Source: Gekko japonicus
Lineage: Eukaryota
Assembly (NCBI RefSeq): GCF_001447785.1
Contig: NW_015163636.1
Location: forward strand, 127,551 to 191,550
Reading direction: 5' to 3'
DNA length: 64,000 nt
The first letter of the stretch is position 1. Every line of letters starts with the position of its first letter. Shown one piece after another: positions 14,186 to 27,135 of the stretch. The position numbers were made by a program, and so were the translations under genes. The notes under the pieces were generated by a model that did not search any database, had not been told where the DNA came from, and worked only from the letters and a program-made list of their open reading frames with translations.

Positions 14186-14292
14186 CGCTGAGATTTTGCC
14201 ACAAAGAGTACAGGATTGCAACTGTGCTCCATAGCATGCTGAGATTTTGCCACAAAGAGTACAGTACAGGATTGCAACTGTGCTCCATAGCA
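14186..14292 (+). repeat. Tandem duplication, ~51-56-bp unit x2
   Basis: gctgagattttgccacaaagagtacag...gattgcaactgtgctccatagca occurs twice. Confidence 0.85.
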
Positions 14293-15199
14293 ACTTTAAT
14301 CCTTCCCATCTGATGGTGTTGAAAGCCTTTTTGTCCAGTTTTCTCTCCACAAGGCAGAGGTCTGCTTTGTGTTCTCAGACAGGCGGAAGTTGGTTTGTTT
14401 CTTTTCAAGGGGCCTTATCGACATTCGGCAATTTATTGGAGTTATTCTTACAAAATGCCACCGCAGAGCTTTGGAAGCCCCTGCCCGGCTGGGCTGCCCT
14501 TGATTTGTCATGGTGGATTTCCTTTTGCTCTTGGAAATGGTCCCTGGGCTTTAAGCTTTTAACACTGAGGTCTTGTAAGTCTTTGGTCCAAGGCAGCAGA
14601 TAAACCAGGATAAAAGGAACAACTCATTCGGAAATGTTTTAAAGGCTGCAACCTCAATGCATAATTAGCACAGAGGACAGGGAACCAAGGAACAGATAGC
14701 CTGATAATCCTCTGTGATGGTGCAAAGGTGCCTTGGAAAAATTCCCCCTCCAAATTATTTGCCCGGGGGGGGGGGACTCTATTAGCCTGCGGTCACACAC
14801 ACTAAATAGTCCATTTTCAATCCACTTTCAATGCACTTTCCAAAAGGATTTTGCCAGTTCACAAACAGTAAAATCCCATTGGAAAGTGCATTGAAATTGG
14901 ATTATTTAGTGTGTGTGGACCACAGCCTCAATCTGCTGCCTACCCACACATACTCACTTTTAGCCATTTATGACACCCTAAAGTCCTCAACAAGGTTGGA
15001 GAGGCCAGAAGAGGTGTCAAGCAGGCATCTTTCCATCCTGCTTGGAAGTCTCTACCCTTTGGCTCTACAGTTGGACCAAGCTTGTAGACAGCAATTGTCT
15101 GGAGGGAGGAGGAATCTCCTCCAAGTGACCAGGCAAGGAAGGTTATGTACACTGATAGAGTGGACTGTATGGGTTGGAATCAGCTAGCTTTTTTACTAA

Positions 15200-15508
15200 G
15201 GCTGCAGTCACACAGACTAAATAATCCACTTCCAATGCACTTTCCAACTGGATTTTGCCGGTGGCCACTTCCTCACTGTCATTTTTATCACTTGTTTGTC
15301 CCTATTGATTCAGGGTTCCCCCCGCATGTGTTTTGCTCTCTCTAGTAGTCGTCCCAGTCTCTCTAGTAGTAGTAGGAAAAAGGGGGACGGACCCAAAGCA
15401 ATAGGGACAAATGAGTGACAAAAATGACAGAGTGGAAGTGGCCTCTTGTGTAAAATCCAGTTGGAAAGTGCACTGAAGGTGGATTATTTAGTCTGTGTGA
15501 CCGCAGCC
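15200..15508. mobile_element. PIF/Harbinger-type MITE (shorter relatives at ~1472-1610 and ~14785-14927)
   Basis: Long TIRs GGCTGC(A/G)GTCACACAGACTAAATAATCC and TAA/TAA 3-bp TSD. Confidence 0.82.
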
Positions 15509-16197
15509 TAAATCTTACCCCTCCATATTTTAGTCCACCATGGAATCCAGTGTTTCTGCTGGGTCCAGAGATGGAGCCTACACTGTTCAGCTCAGTGCAC
15601 CAACTGTCTGCTAACCCTTTCAAGGTGAGTAGGATGCTCAAGGCACATGTGCACAGGGGAATATGCCTTAGGATGCTGCTTGAGGAAATAATCTTACATG
15701 GTGCCTGTGAAGAAATACATTTTGTCCTGGGAGGTTCGAAATGAGCCAAACCTCCATTTTGCATTTTAAACTTTTTTTCCCCTCCTCTGGGCAGAGGACA
15801 GGCAGGAGAAGAAGGAAGTCCGTTCCCAAGCAGGCACGTTCCACCACAGTGCCTTTTGTACTTTAGCAAGCGAAACCAGTAGTTCCCAGCCCTTTCCCAA
15901 CCCACAAGTCCAAATTTACTTTGTATGGTGACCCCTCCAAGGCTCACCCAAGGGTTCGGGGGCCCTAAGCAAACTTAGCACCCATCTAGTTCAGCATTTC
16001 ATTTTCGACAATGGCTAATCAAATGTTTTCGGGAAACCAACAAATTTCACGCAAAGAGTGCACCTGCCCCCACTATAAACCCCAAGCAAGTGGCATTCTG
16101 ACATGCACAGCCTTTGCATAGGCAGATTACATTCCAGCCTTTGACCACCTTTCTCCTTCTCCATTCTCCTTTTCTTCTCCTCTTAAGATGGGGGTTA

Positions 16198-16390
16198 GGG
16201 GAGGGGCTGTGGCTCAGTGGTAGACCATCTGCTTGGCATGCAGAAAGTCCCAGGTTCAATCCCTGGCGTCTCCACTTAAAAGGGCCCAGCAGTCTGAGAC
16301 ACTGCCTGAGACACTGGAGAGCAGATGCCAGTCTGAATAGACAATACTGACCTTGATGGACGAACGGTCTGATCTGAGGCATATTCATGT
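16198..16390 (+). mobile_element. tRNA-derived SINE (Ala-like head; relatives near 5850, 35930)
   Basis: ggggctgtggctcagtggtaga A box and ggttcaatccc B box, followed by a LINE-like tail. Confidence 0.7.
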
Positions 16391-16477
16391 CTACAGGATT
16401 CTAAGAAACTCAATCTAGTAACCATGAGGATACATTTTATTCAATCAACATGCATACGCAGTGAAGAAAAAAAACCC

Positions 16478-16935
16478 ATAGAATCATAGAGTTGGAAGGG
16501 ACTTCCAGGGTCATCTAGTCCAACCCCCCACACAATGCAGGAAATTCACAAATACCTCCCCCACACACCCCCAGTGACCCCGGTTCCACACCCTGAAGAT
16601 AACTAAAAAACCTTCAGGATCTCCAGCCAAACTGGCCTGTAGAAAAGCTGCTTCCTGACCCCAATGTGGCATCAGCATTTCTCTGGGCCACAAGAACTTA
16701 GCATTGACGCAACCCTTCCTACCCTCCCTTTCATAATCTGCCTAAGTTCACAGAATCAGCATTGCTGTCAGATGTCCATCTAGCCTCTGTTTGAAAACCT
16801 CCAAAGAAGGAGAGCCCACCACCTCCCAAGGAAGCCTGTTCCACTGAGGAACTGCTCTGTCAGGAAGTTCTTCCTAATGTTTAGCTGAAAACTCTTCTGA
16901 TTTAATTTCAACTCATTGGTTCTGGTCCAACCTTC
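16478..16935 (-). mobile_element. CR1 LINE 3' fragment
   Basis: catagaatcatagagttggaagggac...tcatctagtccaacccc is the reverse complement of the typical CR1 3' terminus. Confidence 0.8.
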
Positions 16936-17204
16936 TGGCATACTAATGTATACCATGGAAGATCTTGTTTCCAGGGCCAGATCTTGGTTTCCAAAATACA
17001 GAAGAGAGCAGTGGAAAGGGCAGGGCGGCCATTAGAAAGCACTGGTCCATGACCCACTTGCAGAGGATTTGTGACCCAGTTTTGGGTCCTGTCTCACAGG
17101 TTGGGAAACAGTGCTCTAAATTAATTAGGATGGGCAGAGATGCAGGAAAGCATGTTCTGGTTGCAAGATGGAGTGAGAGAGATGTGGCAGCCAGAAGGAA
17201 GAGG

Positions 17205-17470
17205 ATATTGGATTTATACCCCGCCCCTTACTACCTGAAGGAGTCTCAGAGTGGCTTACAATCTCCTTTCCCTTCCCCTCACCACAGCAGACACCCTGTG
17301 AGGTAGGTGGGGCTGAGAGAGCTCTTTCAAGAACTGCCCTTGAGAGAACAGCTCTGAAAGAACTTATGACTGACCCAAGGTCACACTGGCAGCTGCATGT
17401 AGAGGAGTGGAGAATCAAACCCGGTTCTCCCAGATTAGAGTCCATGCTCCTAACCGCTACACCAAACTGG
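17205..17470 (-). mobile_element. tRNA-derived squamate SINE (second copy at ~42029-42260 on plus)
   Basis: Head ccagtttggtgtagcggtta and tail gtaagccactctgagact...ggggtataaat, shared with the 42029 copy. Confidence 0.72.
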
Positions 17471-18086
17471 AAGGAAGGAAGATTCCCTAAGACTCCCTAA
17501 GAGTAGCAGTCTGTATATCAAAGAGATAGTAGCAGAGCCATAGAAAGGAAGGGATGCATAGGTCCTGACCTATCTATCACTCTGACTTTTCTGTAGTCCC
17601 CTTCTGGAGTCTGAGGCTAAGAGACAGTGGAAAGTCATTCATTTCCAATACAACTAATAGCTATAAATTTAAAAATTACTTTAAAAACAAGCTAAAAATT
17701 TAAAGGGGGGGGGGACTTTGCACCTTGTTTTCCCAGCAGCTAGCCTTAAAGTATGGAAAAAAAACTGGCTAGGATCACACACACAGCCGTTCATTGGCAA
17801 TCCTCTTAGATTTAAATGTCCTGTCCTGTCCCTGACAATAGAGGCATAGTTTCTTAAAGGATTTCTTCTCTGTTGCATGCATATACTGCCACCAGGTATA
17901 ATATCATAAATGAACTTAAAGTTAAACATCTTGGGTGGTGAATATACCTGATCTGGATGGAAGCAGAGTGTCAAATAAATTCCCCTTTACTAGTTCAAAT
18001 GTTGCTTCCCCTGATCTAGGTACATCTGTCTTTCATCCTCTCAGTAAGTGGTGGTCCATTGCTTATGCTTTTGTCCTTCCTTCAAG

Positions 18087-18309
18087 GATGACTGCAATCC
18101 GAAAGAAGCACAGATACTGGCCTTACTCCGTAGACTGCAAAGGCACTGAGGCTCATCTCTCCAGTTGCAAAGTGGGCAATCGCATCAGTACAGCTTTCGG
18201 GGGGAACATTACATGTGTGAATGGAATGCCTGCTGTGGTGAGCTGCGTCCCTGGCCGTGCCTTCGCCCCGGGCAGCCGCACTGGCTTCCGCAAAGCCTTC
18301 CGGCAGGAG
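18087..18309 (+). CDS. LOXL2: LOXL2-type coding exon (exon 5), C-terminal half of SRCR2 plus linker
   Basis: ccttcaag|G acceptor, GAG|gtaag donor, 223 nt, phase-compatible with the previous exon. Translates MTAIRKKHRYWPYSVDCKGTEAHLSSCK...NITCVNGMPAVVSCVPGRAFAP...GFRKAFRQE, including the basic FRKA linker. Confidence 0.95.
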
Positions 18310-21300
18310 GTAAGAAAGAGGCTTGCTCAGCTTTCGCCGAAGAACATGATTTTTCTGGTGCTTTTGGTTTGCTGTAGACATTTAGACGAACATACAATTC
18401 TGCTGCAGTAGGATTGCTCCTCTGAGCAAAGCCTTTTGAAGGTGCTGCTCCTGCACATGTGCAAAGCCAACAGCTGCCCATACCCAAGCATTCTCTGTTG
18501 TGGCCCCCTGCTTGGTGGAATGGCTGGCCTGACAAGATCAAGAGGGCTCCCACACTCCTATCGTTCTGCAAAATCAGGTGAACTGCACAGGAGGACATTA
18601 TTATAAAGGGACTATCGTAGCTGTTTTAATGTCTATGGAATCTTCCTAGATAGCTTTTATTGTATTTATCCTTAGTTTTTTATTATAGTTATTGTTTTTA
18701 TTGGTGGGCTCTCCAAAATACTGAGCCCAAGACACTTGCCGTAAAGAGACTGAAAGCTGTAGAGTATTGTTTTGTGGTCAAGCAGTTGTGAAGTTTTGGG
18801 TGTTTAGCCCCATTCATTTCTCCTTGAATATGAACAAAGGGTTGCACAGTCCAGGGCCATGTTAGGTTAGAATAAAATATTCCAATATGATGAACTGTAG
18901 TTTATCCCGAATTCCTTCTGCATATAGGGTATCATGTACAGAACTGTGTACATGCACAGATGGACTGTGATCCCAGAAGTGGCATTAGGGGTTTCTTCAC
19001 CCATAGTGTGAACGAAAGTTCATAACTTGTCTTCTTATACACACATACCAACAAGTTGAATACCGTGTCAGCTCTTCATCTTATTCCTCCATTCATGCTG
19101 CAGGCTGTCTTTTTATGATATATAATTGTTTAAAGTGGCACATGTATAAGTTTGTTTCAATTTAACAAAACAAAATCACAAACATTTGAAAACGGGTGCC
19201 AGATTGCTCCATGGATTGAAGAGAGAAGTCTGTTGGTGATGACATTGATGCTTGACAATAAGCACCCACCACAACCAACTTTTTTGTTTATCCAGAGTTC
19301 GTCTTCCAAGGGCAGAAAGCTGTGTGTCTGTTTGGAGGGCACTCTCGGCTGTTTCACTCTCAGTCGCTGTGGTTTCTCTTCATGAGAGCAAGGCCTCTTT
19401 TATTACCTTCTTCTTGCTTTGGCTCAGGATGTTTCTTGGGCTAAGGACAGTGTGAGATTTGTTTATTGCTGGAAATGGCACTTGACAAGTCACATAGCAA
19501 ACCTTTGCTGCATTCTTCTTCCAAGTAGTTTGGCTTGGGCCTGTCAACTGCTAATCTGGCTGGCTGTGCTGAACTTGCTGCTCCGTCTTTCTTTCAAACT
19601 GTCAGTTTTTATTATTATATAAATGTTAGATCTGGACAATCATGCATCAGTCTCCCTTTGCTTTTATATAATAGTGGCTTGCAACTGACAAATTTCACAT
19701 AGGAACATCCAGCCCAAGCTCAGAGTTTAGTTTTGTTTAAATGAATATTTAGAGCCAGCAACAAATGCCAAATTAGCACCATACCCAAAAAATGCAGACT
19801 TGTGGTCCTGTCATGTTCATGATGTGACAAACTGTCATGGCTGGAAAACTGTTCATGTCAGTACCAGACAATGAAATCACAACAAAGGAAATGTGATACC
19901 AATTTGAACCAAATTCTACATCACTTGTCATAGGTCACTGACAGAAAAGAANNNNNNNNNNNNNNNNNNNNNNNNNNNNNNNNNNNNNNNNNNNNNNNNN
20001 NNNNNNNNNNNNNNNNNNNNNNNNNNNNNNNNNNNNNNNNNNNNNNNNNNNNNNNNNNNNNNNNNNNNNNNNNNNNNNNNNNNNNNNNNNNNNNNNNNNN
20101 NNNNNNNNNNNNNNNNNNNNNNNNNNNNNNNNNNNNNNNNNNNNNNNNNNNNNNNNNNNNNNNNNNNNNNNNNAGCCTCCATCTCAGCTTCTCCATCACA
20201 TTCTCCTGCTGTGATGTCACGGCATACTCCTCAACATTCTAACTGCTGAAGAGGAAGGATTAGCTACAGAATATTAGGAACTGGTACATCCCAACAAGAC
20301 ATCTGTCAGTTGGTGACTGGCTTGGTGACTGGAGGGATTTGATGGCTCTTTGATATCAGTAAAAACTCTGAAGTGATCTGTCTACTTGTACTCGCTTGCA
20401 GGCTCTGAGTAACAGATGCCAGAAGTCAAACAAGGCAGAATCGCTCAGTCCAAGGTCAGGGGTACAGAAGTCAGGCAAGGCAGAGGGGGGGTGACTTAGC
20501 ATCTATTGTACATGTTGCATCCACTCATAACAGCCTCTCTTGACTGGTTTTTATAGCCTCACTAGGAATAAGGCTCATTGTAGACNNNNNNNNNNNNNNN
20601 NNNNNNNNNNNNNNNNNNNNNNNNNNNNNNNNNNNNNNNNNNNNNNNNNNNNNNNNNNNNNNNNNNNNNNNNNNNNNNNNNNNNNNNNNNNNNNNNNNNN
20701 NNNNNNNNNNNNNNNNNNNNNNNNNNNNNNNNNNNGAAAGACAGAANNNNNNNNNNNNNNNNNNNNNNNNNNNNNNNNNNNNNNNNNNNNNNNNNNNNNN
20801 NNNNNNNNNNNNNNNNNNNNNNNNNNNNNNNNNNNGAGGGAGGGAGGGACAGAAGGCAAAGGAAGGATGGGAAAGAGGGAGGGAAAGAAGGAGAGAGAGA
20901 AGACCGAGAGATGGTGGGAAGAGAAAGAGGGAGGGAGGGCCAGGGAAGAGGGGGCTCTCTAGCTCTTCCCCATCTCGGCCGGCAAGCGGTGAAAGGCGGG
21001 GGGCCCTCTGGAAGCCTGTCCCTGCCTGGGAAAGAGGGGGGAGGGTGTGGAGGCCTTTCCCCATGCGTCCACCTTGGCGGGCGAGTGGGAAAGGGTGGCG
21101 CGGAGGCCTCTGGAGGCCTTTCCCCATGCATCCACATTGGCGGGTGAGCGGGGAAGGGTGGCGGGGAGTGCCTCTGGAGACCTTGTGGCCATCCTCTTCG
21201 GCGGCCATCTGTAGACTGAGGGCAAGAGTCTGGCTGGCGGCTGTGTGGGCAGGACTCAGGCACGCAGCTACCCCATGCAGCCAGGGGATTGGGAGAGGTT

Positions 21301-23159
21301 TGGAGTGGCAGTTCATGCAGCCAACTGATTTTGGTGCGCATCGAATCTTGCCACCCCAACTGGCTTTTATATATAAAGGAAGGATGCCTAAGGGTCATGC
21401 TTGCAGCCAGGTGCTCAGAAGCAGTCCTGCAACTACTCATCTTTGTTATCAGCAAGCAGCTGTCTTCTCTGTAGCTCTGTTCTCAGCCTCCGTCTGCAGT
21501 GCTCTAAGGGTGTGGGTGATACTGGTGGGCTGGGAATAGCCATCTGAGGTTCACCTGCTGAATCAGGGCAGGAGGGTGTTGGTGGCTCTGCACCATCTGT
21601 TGGCTGTGAATCCTGACAAGCCTGCAACTCATCTTCCTGCTGGTCAGCTACTCCTGTTAACTCAAGGCTGGCTACACAGGGCTTCTCTTCTCCTAAGGAG
21701 TCCTCTTCTGAGGAGTGCTCCCTATCATTGAGCCCTGGCTGACCCACAGCACTACTACTAATTTTTTAAAAATGGCAAAGAGCCCAGGAGGGAGGGGGAT
21801 CATGGGCAGGAGATAAAATAACACAAAATGTAGGCAGAAAGGTGAAGAAATTTACATCTTTTCTTCCATACTTTTCAAGCCTTTCCTTCCATACTTTCCC
21901 AAACCTGCTTTGGATATGATCTGCCAGAATTAAATCAGTTTGCAAAGAAAAAGTATGGTGGACCCAGCACAAAGACATTGTGAGGAACCCAGAATTAAAT
22001 CTGCTGCCAGTTGGGCAGCAATGCAGAGCAAGTTCTCCATGTGGAAACAACCTTTTTGTCTCAGATAAGCAGCAGCCACAAGGAACAATTCAAAACAGCT
22101 GGCAGACCCATCTAAATGTGGTGAAGTCACAGCGGTGTAGAAGTTCCAAATGTCGTTTAGACTGCAGACTTGGAGTCAGGAAGTACAGTTCAGTTTCTAG
22201 GCTCTTATTGTCACGTCCAGCTCCTGTGCGACAGAGGTAGTTGGAAGAAACAGGAGCAGATCTCCTAGTTGCTCAGAACAGCCAGCCAGCCCTACCCAGA
22301 AGCATTTCTAGGAGTCAGGGAGTATCTGGCCTGTTGATGCAAGGAACCTTCTTTGGCTGGCTCAGCTGTCTTCTTGTACTTACCCTTTTGGCCAGAGCCG
22401 GGTGGTGTGCTGGCACATAGGATACATTCTGAATCCTGCTGGTCAACCCTCCAGTCAGTGGTTCAAGACCTGCAGTCATGGGCTTGAGTCCATTCATATT
22501 CAGTCTTTACAAAGCATTTATTCAGAAGCATCTGAGATTTTGCATATTTGCTCAGGATTAAGGCTAAAAGCAAACAGTGGACTGATAACTCTTGCAATTC
22601 AAAAAATGCCCACGAGGGCCACTTAGTGACTTGCAGAGTGTAATTGGTGCTATAATAAACATTAAAACAGATTATCTGCCCCCAGTTCCGCAAGCAATGA
22701 AGTACCCTGTAAACTTTGAATTGACCAAGCAGCCACTGATTCCTGAAGTGCTCTGTGTTGGGTTTTGGCTGTCCTGCAGATGACCTCTGCCTTGTTTACA
22801 GTACATATCTCCAGATTTTAAATACACAGTGCTGTTTAAGTCACCAACCTCTCCCTAGTCATGCTGTGTTCATTCATTCATCCATCCATTCATGGAACAT
22901 TGCTTTATTTATAGCACCAGTAAATCCTCCAGCTACAACTTCTAAAGCCTCCTGGTCTCTGTACAGAGTATCAACATTTGAATGGAGTCATAGGCTCCAG
23001 TAACCAGTGGTAGCTGGTGATTTTTGATGGTGATGCAATTTTTAACACACACCTCATTTTATTTATTTTAGACATTTATATACTGCTTTTCTCTCCAAAG
23101 CACAGCATTGTACAACGTAATTATCACCCTTTCATTTTATCTACACAGCAGCAACCCCA

Positions 23160-23378
23160 CAGGGTTGCCAGCTCTAGGTTGGGAAATACCTGGAGACTTT
23201 GGGGGTGGAGCCAGGAGAGGGCGGGGTTTGGGGAGGGGAGGGGCCTCAGCATGATAGAATGCCATAGAGTCCACCCTTCAAAGCAGCCATTTTCTCCAGG
23301 GGAGCTGGTCTCTGTCAGCTGGAGATCAGATGTAAAAGCGGGAGATCTCCAGGCCTCACCTGGAGGCTGGCAACCCTA
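23160..23378. mobile_element. hAT MITE of the TAGGGTTGCCA family
   Basis: TIRs AGGGTTGCCA / TGGCAACCCT and a perfect 8-bp TSD caacccca. Confidence 0.88.
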
Positions 23379-23594
23379 CAACCCCATGAGGTATGTTAGT
23401 CTGAGAGAAAATGACTGGCCAAAAGGCATTCAGCAAGTTTCCGCAGCAGAGTGGGGATTAGAATTTGGGTCTAACTAGATCCTAGTCTCTAACCACTACA
23501 CTTCACTGGTTGCACCCACACTGGGACTTCTACACCACTACAAGAAGAAAAAGTGCCTTAAACATATGGGAAGTTCTACAGTCTGAGAAACATC

Positions 23595-24146
23595 GAGGAA
23601 TTTCACATTACCCTTTTTAACCCGTTTTGAAGCCGTTTTTGATCCATCATGGAGTAAACCGGTATAGGGCTGCCATTTCACACATGGCTTTCCCCTTCTG
23701 GTGAAGAGCTGGATCTGAAGTGGTTTGCCATTTCAGACTGCACCATTTCCCCCCCACACCCTTTTTCACCCGTGCGGGTGATTTCCAGCTTTTTTTTTTT
23801 TTTGAACGTTCGCTTTAGAGCACTATAGCGCTATAGCATTATAACAAAACACTCCAGGCATTCCAATGGGGTTGATGCACTGCTGTTCCTTTATAACATT
23901 ATAGCGCTATAACGCTATAAAGTGAATGTTAAAAAAAAAAGCTGGAGATCGCCCGCACAGGCGAAAAATGACGGGAAAAAGTGCATCGGAACCGGGAGAG
24001 GAAACTGAAGACTACTTGGAAGTGGTTGACAGGTAAAACGCTTCAGCCCCGTTTCCTAAACAGGACAGAAGCGTTTGTGTCTGAAATTACAAATATATTC
24101 CGGTAGGGAACCGGTTCTAAAACGGTTCTGTCTGAAATGACAGACC
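23595..24146. mobile_element. Palindromic non-autonomous DNA element
   Basis: Internal inverted repeat (gcgggtgatttccagcttttt...aaaaagctggagatcgcccgc) and CpG-rich arms; termini not precisely defined. Confidence 0.55.
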
Positions 24147-24499
24147 ATTGAGGAAAATCAGTCCCTCTCTTACAGTCCTTCAAGAGGGTCGCTTTCCTCT
24201 CAGAGGAGGAAAAACAAGATCCAGACAAAGCTGAGCCGTAGCGCCTCTCATTTTGAAAGTAGATAACACATGGCAGATGTTCTTGAATTAATACATTTGT
24301 AATAATTCACCTACCCATTGAGAGAAACTAAAGCAAGAAATACATCAGAGTTTTTCAAATGTCCAGGAACAGGTTTTGGCAGGGTGTCAGTCACTGAAAG
24401 CCCAAAGGTATCTGAGATGAGACTATCCTAGTAAGTAGCCTAGCTAAAAATATGTGTTAGAAATACGTCAAATAAATAAAGCACACTTCATTTTAGAAA

Positions 24500-24627
24500 G
24501 ATCCAGGTGGGCAGCCATGTTGGTTTGAAGTAGTAGAACAAATTTAGAGTCCGGTGGCACCTTTAAGACCAACAAAGGTTTATTCAAGGTATGAGCTTTC
24601 ATGTGCAAGGCACACTTTTTCAAATAC
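24500..24627. mobile_element. Penelope-derived short element (relatives near 8190, 33810, 39160, 40850)
   Basis: gtggcacctttaagaccaac...ggtatgagctttc...cacac pattern typical of reptile Penelope pseudo-LTRs. Confidence 0.6.
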
Positions 24628-25985
24628 ATTGGAATGGAATGTGTTCTTCATCTCAGAAATTCACTGACCAAATTCCTCACACAGACCCTTAAGAAAATAA
24701 GAAAGTAGCACAGCAAGCTGCCAGTCAAATTTATGTCTTGGCTCTGTCACTGGAAAACCAGTGTTCTTGTCCACAGTGGGGGTAGGATTGTTGTATGACC
24801 CCATCATTAATTCATGTCGTTTCATGTCACTTAAAAAAAACAATTTTATGTAGCTCAGCAAGATGCTACACTCACACACACACACACACACACACAGAGA
24901 GAGAGAGGAAAGGGAAACTCGATATATCCAGGTGAGAGTTGCAGGTTCTAGGCAGCTCAGCTATGCTTCATAGGGTGAGGAAGCAAGGTTCAAAAATTCT
25001 GGTGGGGTGAGACAATCCTAATGCACACTTCAAACTCAGAAAGGCAGGAGGAAAGTGAGCCATGTGATGGTTTCATTCTTTTTGTGATGGAGCCATACAT
25101 CGGCTTTGTTCCATGACTGAAATGCGGCTTAAATTCCAGGCATTCCACTTTTAAAAAACTGGCTACCCCTCCTTCATGCAAATCTTGAGTGGAAGGCAGA
25201 CACACACTGAACAAACTGTATAATAACAGGAGAGGCATTCTCTTGGATGTGTTGATGTTTCCATTTTAGCTCCACTCTTCTTTTATTGCCCTGGGGGTTA
25301 GGAGGGAGAACCATCCATCCTGGAAGCCCCTGGGGAGACAGAGGCTTCACTCTACCCAGACCTGAACCACCATCCACTTATCGGACCTCCTCTATATTCA
25401 ATAAATAAACACACTACAGTAGGGTACTTTCACCATTCATGCACATATATGACCAGAGGCAGAGTTGGCATCATTTGGTTCCAGAGGGCATGGCAAAACT
25501 CCTGCAATTAAGACTTTTATGTATCAAGTCACAGAGGAACTTGCTGGGTGGAGTTCTTGGGACTGCCTGTTATTTTACAAATCATTAAAAGAGGGTATTT
25601 ACTCCAACAGCAAGAGTCACTCAATTCAAAAATGTTTTTAGAAGCAGATTTTTCTCTCTCTCTCTAACCTTATGGGAAAGCATGTACATCGTGTCCTTGG
25701 ATGATGAACCTGTTTTCAGTTGAGTTGAAACATTTCCTATGGCTCGTGTTAAAATTGATGTCTATGTTGGGATTTAGTGGCTTGCTAAATGCTCGGGAGC
25801 CAGCACAACTGTAGCTGTTTTGAATTCCTAGTTTTTCAGAAGCTGGGGGTTTGGGCCTTATCTTTCAGTGCAGATTCATGAGTGCAATCTATGCGCTGCA
25901 GAATTCTTTGCTGAAATAATCTGGATTCTGTGCCAGCTAAAACCAAACTGCAACTTTTATGCAGATCAAAACAGTGCAGTTCTAA

Positions 25986-26399
25986 GGCCCCTGCCACACG
26001 ACAGGGGAAAAGCCTCTTAACGTTGAGGCGCCGCGGCGGGATCCCACGGATCCCCTGGCCGCGGCACCTTTTCTCCCCGGCGCGATCAAACGCCGGGGAG
26101 AAAAAACGGCCCGAACGGGAGCCGGCCGAACTGCGCATGTCCGAGCATACGCAGTTTGGCTCCGGGCCGGGGTTGAGCCGGCGCAAGGAAGCGCTGGCGA
26201 TCAAACGCCCGGCTTGAAGCGCGCCTACAAGTTGAACCACCAAGGTAGGTGGTTCAATTTGCGCCGGATTAGGGCGAGGAAGGGCCAGTTCGGGCACGGA
26301 AGCAGGACGCTTCCCAGATGTTGTGGTGTGATCGCGCCGGTTTGATCCGGCCCCGAACTGGCCCGCAACTGGCCCAAATCCCCCCGTGTGGACGGGACC
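25986..26399. mobile_element. CpG-rich PIF/Harbinger-type MITE
   Basis: Imperfect TIRs GGCCCCTGCCACACG / CGTGTGGACGGGACC and TAA/TAA TSD. Confidence 0.75.
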
Positions 26400-26778
26400 T
26401 AAGAAGACTTTCCATGGAATATGCCCCATTTGAATAGACTTCAGTCGGATTATGAATAGGCTGGTTTAGGATTGCACTGTTACATGATCTTTTCATGTCA
26501 AAGACCTATGGGCAAGAAATGGTGGAATGCACTGAAACCTTGCTTGCTTATCCAGTGACAAATCCACTCGGCCCCTTTGTATTAAGCACTGCCCAGACTC
26601 TTGCAAGCTCATTGTTGAGTCCCTGAGAGGCAGGAACTGTTTTTGAAAAAGAAGAGTGATCTGTGGAATATTCAGTATCTTCAGTACTCAGGTAGACACT
26701 CATTCTATTTCCCAAATGCCACTTAAAATGTGCAGATGTTCCCATTTCCCCTACCTTGTGTGATGACATTGTTTTCCC

Positions 26779-27135
26779 CAGGGCTTTTTTTGTAGAAAAA
26801 GCCCAGCAGGAACTCATTAGCATAATAGGCCACACCCAACAGCAGAAACTCATTAGCATATTAGGCCACATCCCCATGTTACCAGAAGTGTGGTCATCCA
26901 GCCACACCCACTTTTGCTTCTTATTCTGTTTACTTTGTTTATTCTCAAAACCCAGGGCTTTTTTGTAGCAGGAACTTCTTTGCATGTTAGGCCACACACC
27001 CCTAATGTAGCCAATCCTAATGAGTTTCTGCTGTTGGGTGTGGCCTATTATGCTAATGAGTTCCTGCTGGGTGTGGCCAACTCAGGAGCCAGCCGGAACT
27101 CCGTTCCTGTGCGTTCCTGCCCAAATATAGCCCTG
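26779..27135. mobile_element. hAT-like MITE of the CAGGGCT family with an internally repeated end
   Basis: CAGGGCT...AGCCCTG termini, repeated AACTCATTAGCATA subterminal motifs, imperfect 8-bp flanks gttttccc / gcttttcc. Relatives at 8055 and 27492. Confidence 0.7.

Noticed and set aside
20525-21455. Long Pro-rich ORFs (263 and 297 aa)
   Set aside because: They span N gaps and GA-rich low-complexity or TE-derived sequence.
24588-24627. Minimal hammerhead ribozyme in the Penelope-derived element (minus strand)
   Set aside because: The layout fits, but the core reads TTGAAAA...TGAAA rather than CTGANGA...CGAAA, so this copy is degenerate and probably inactive.
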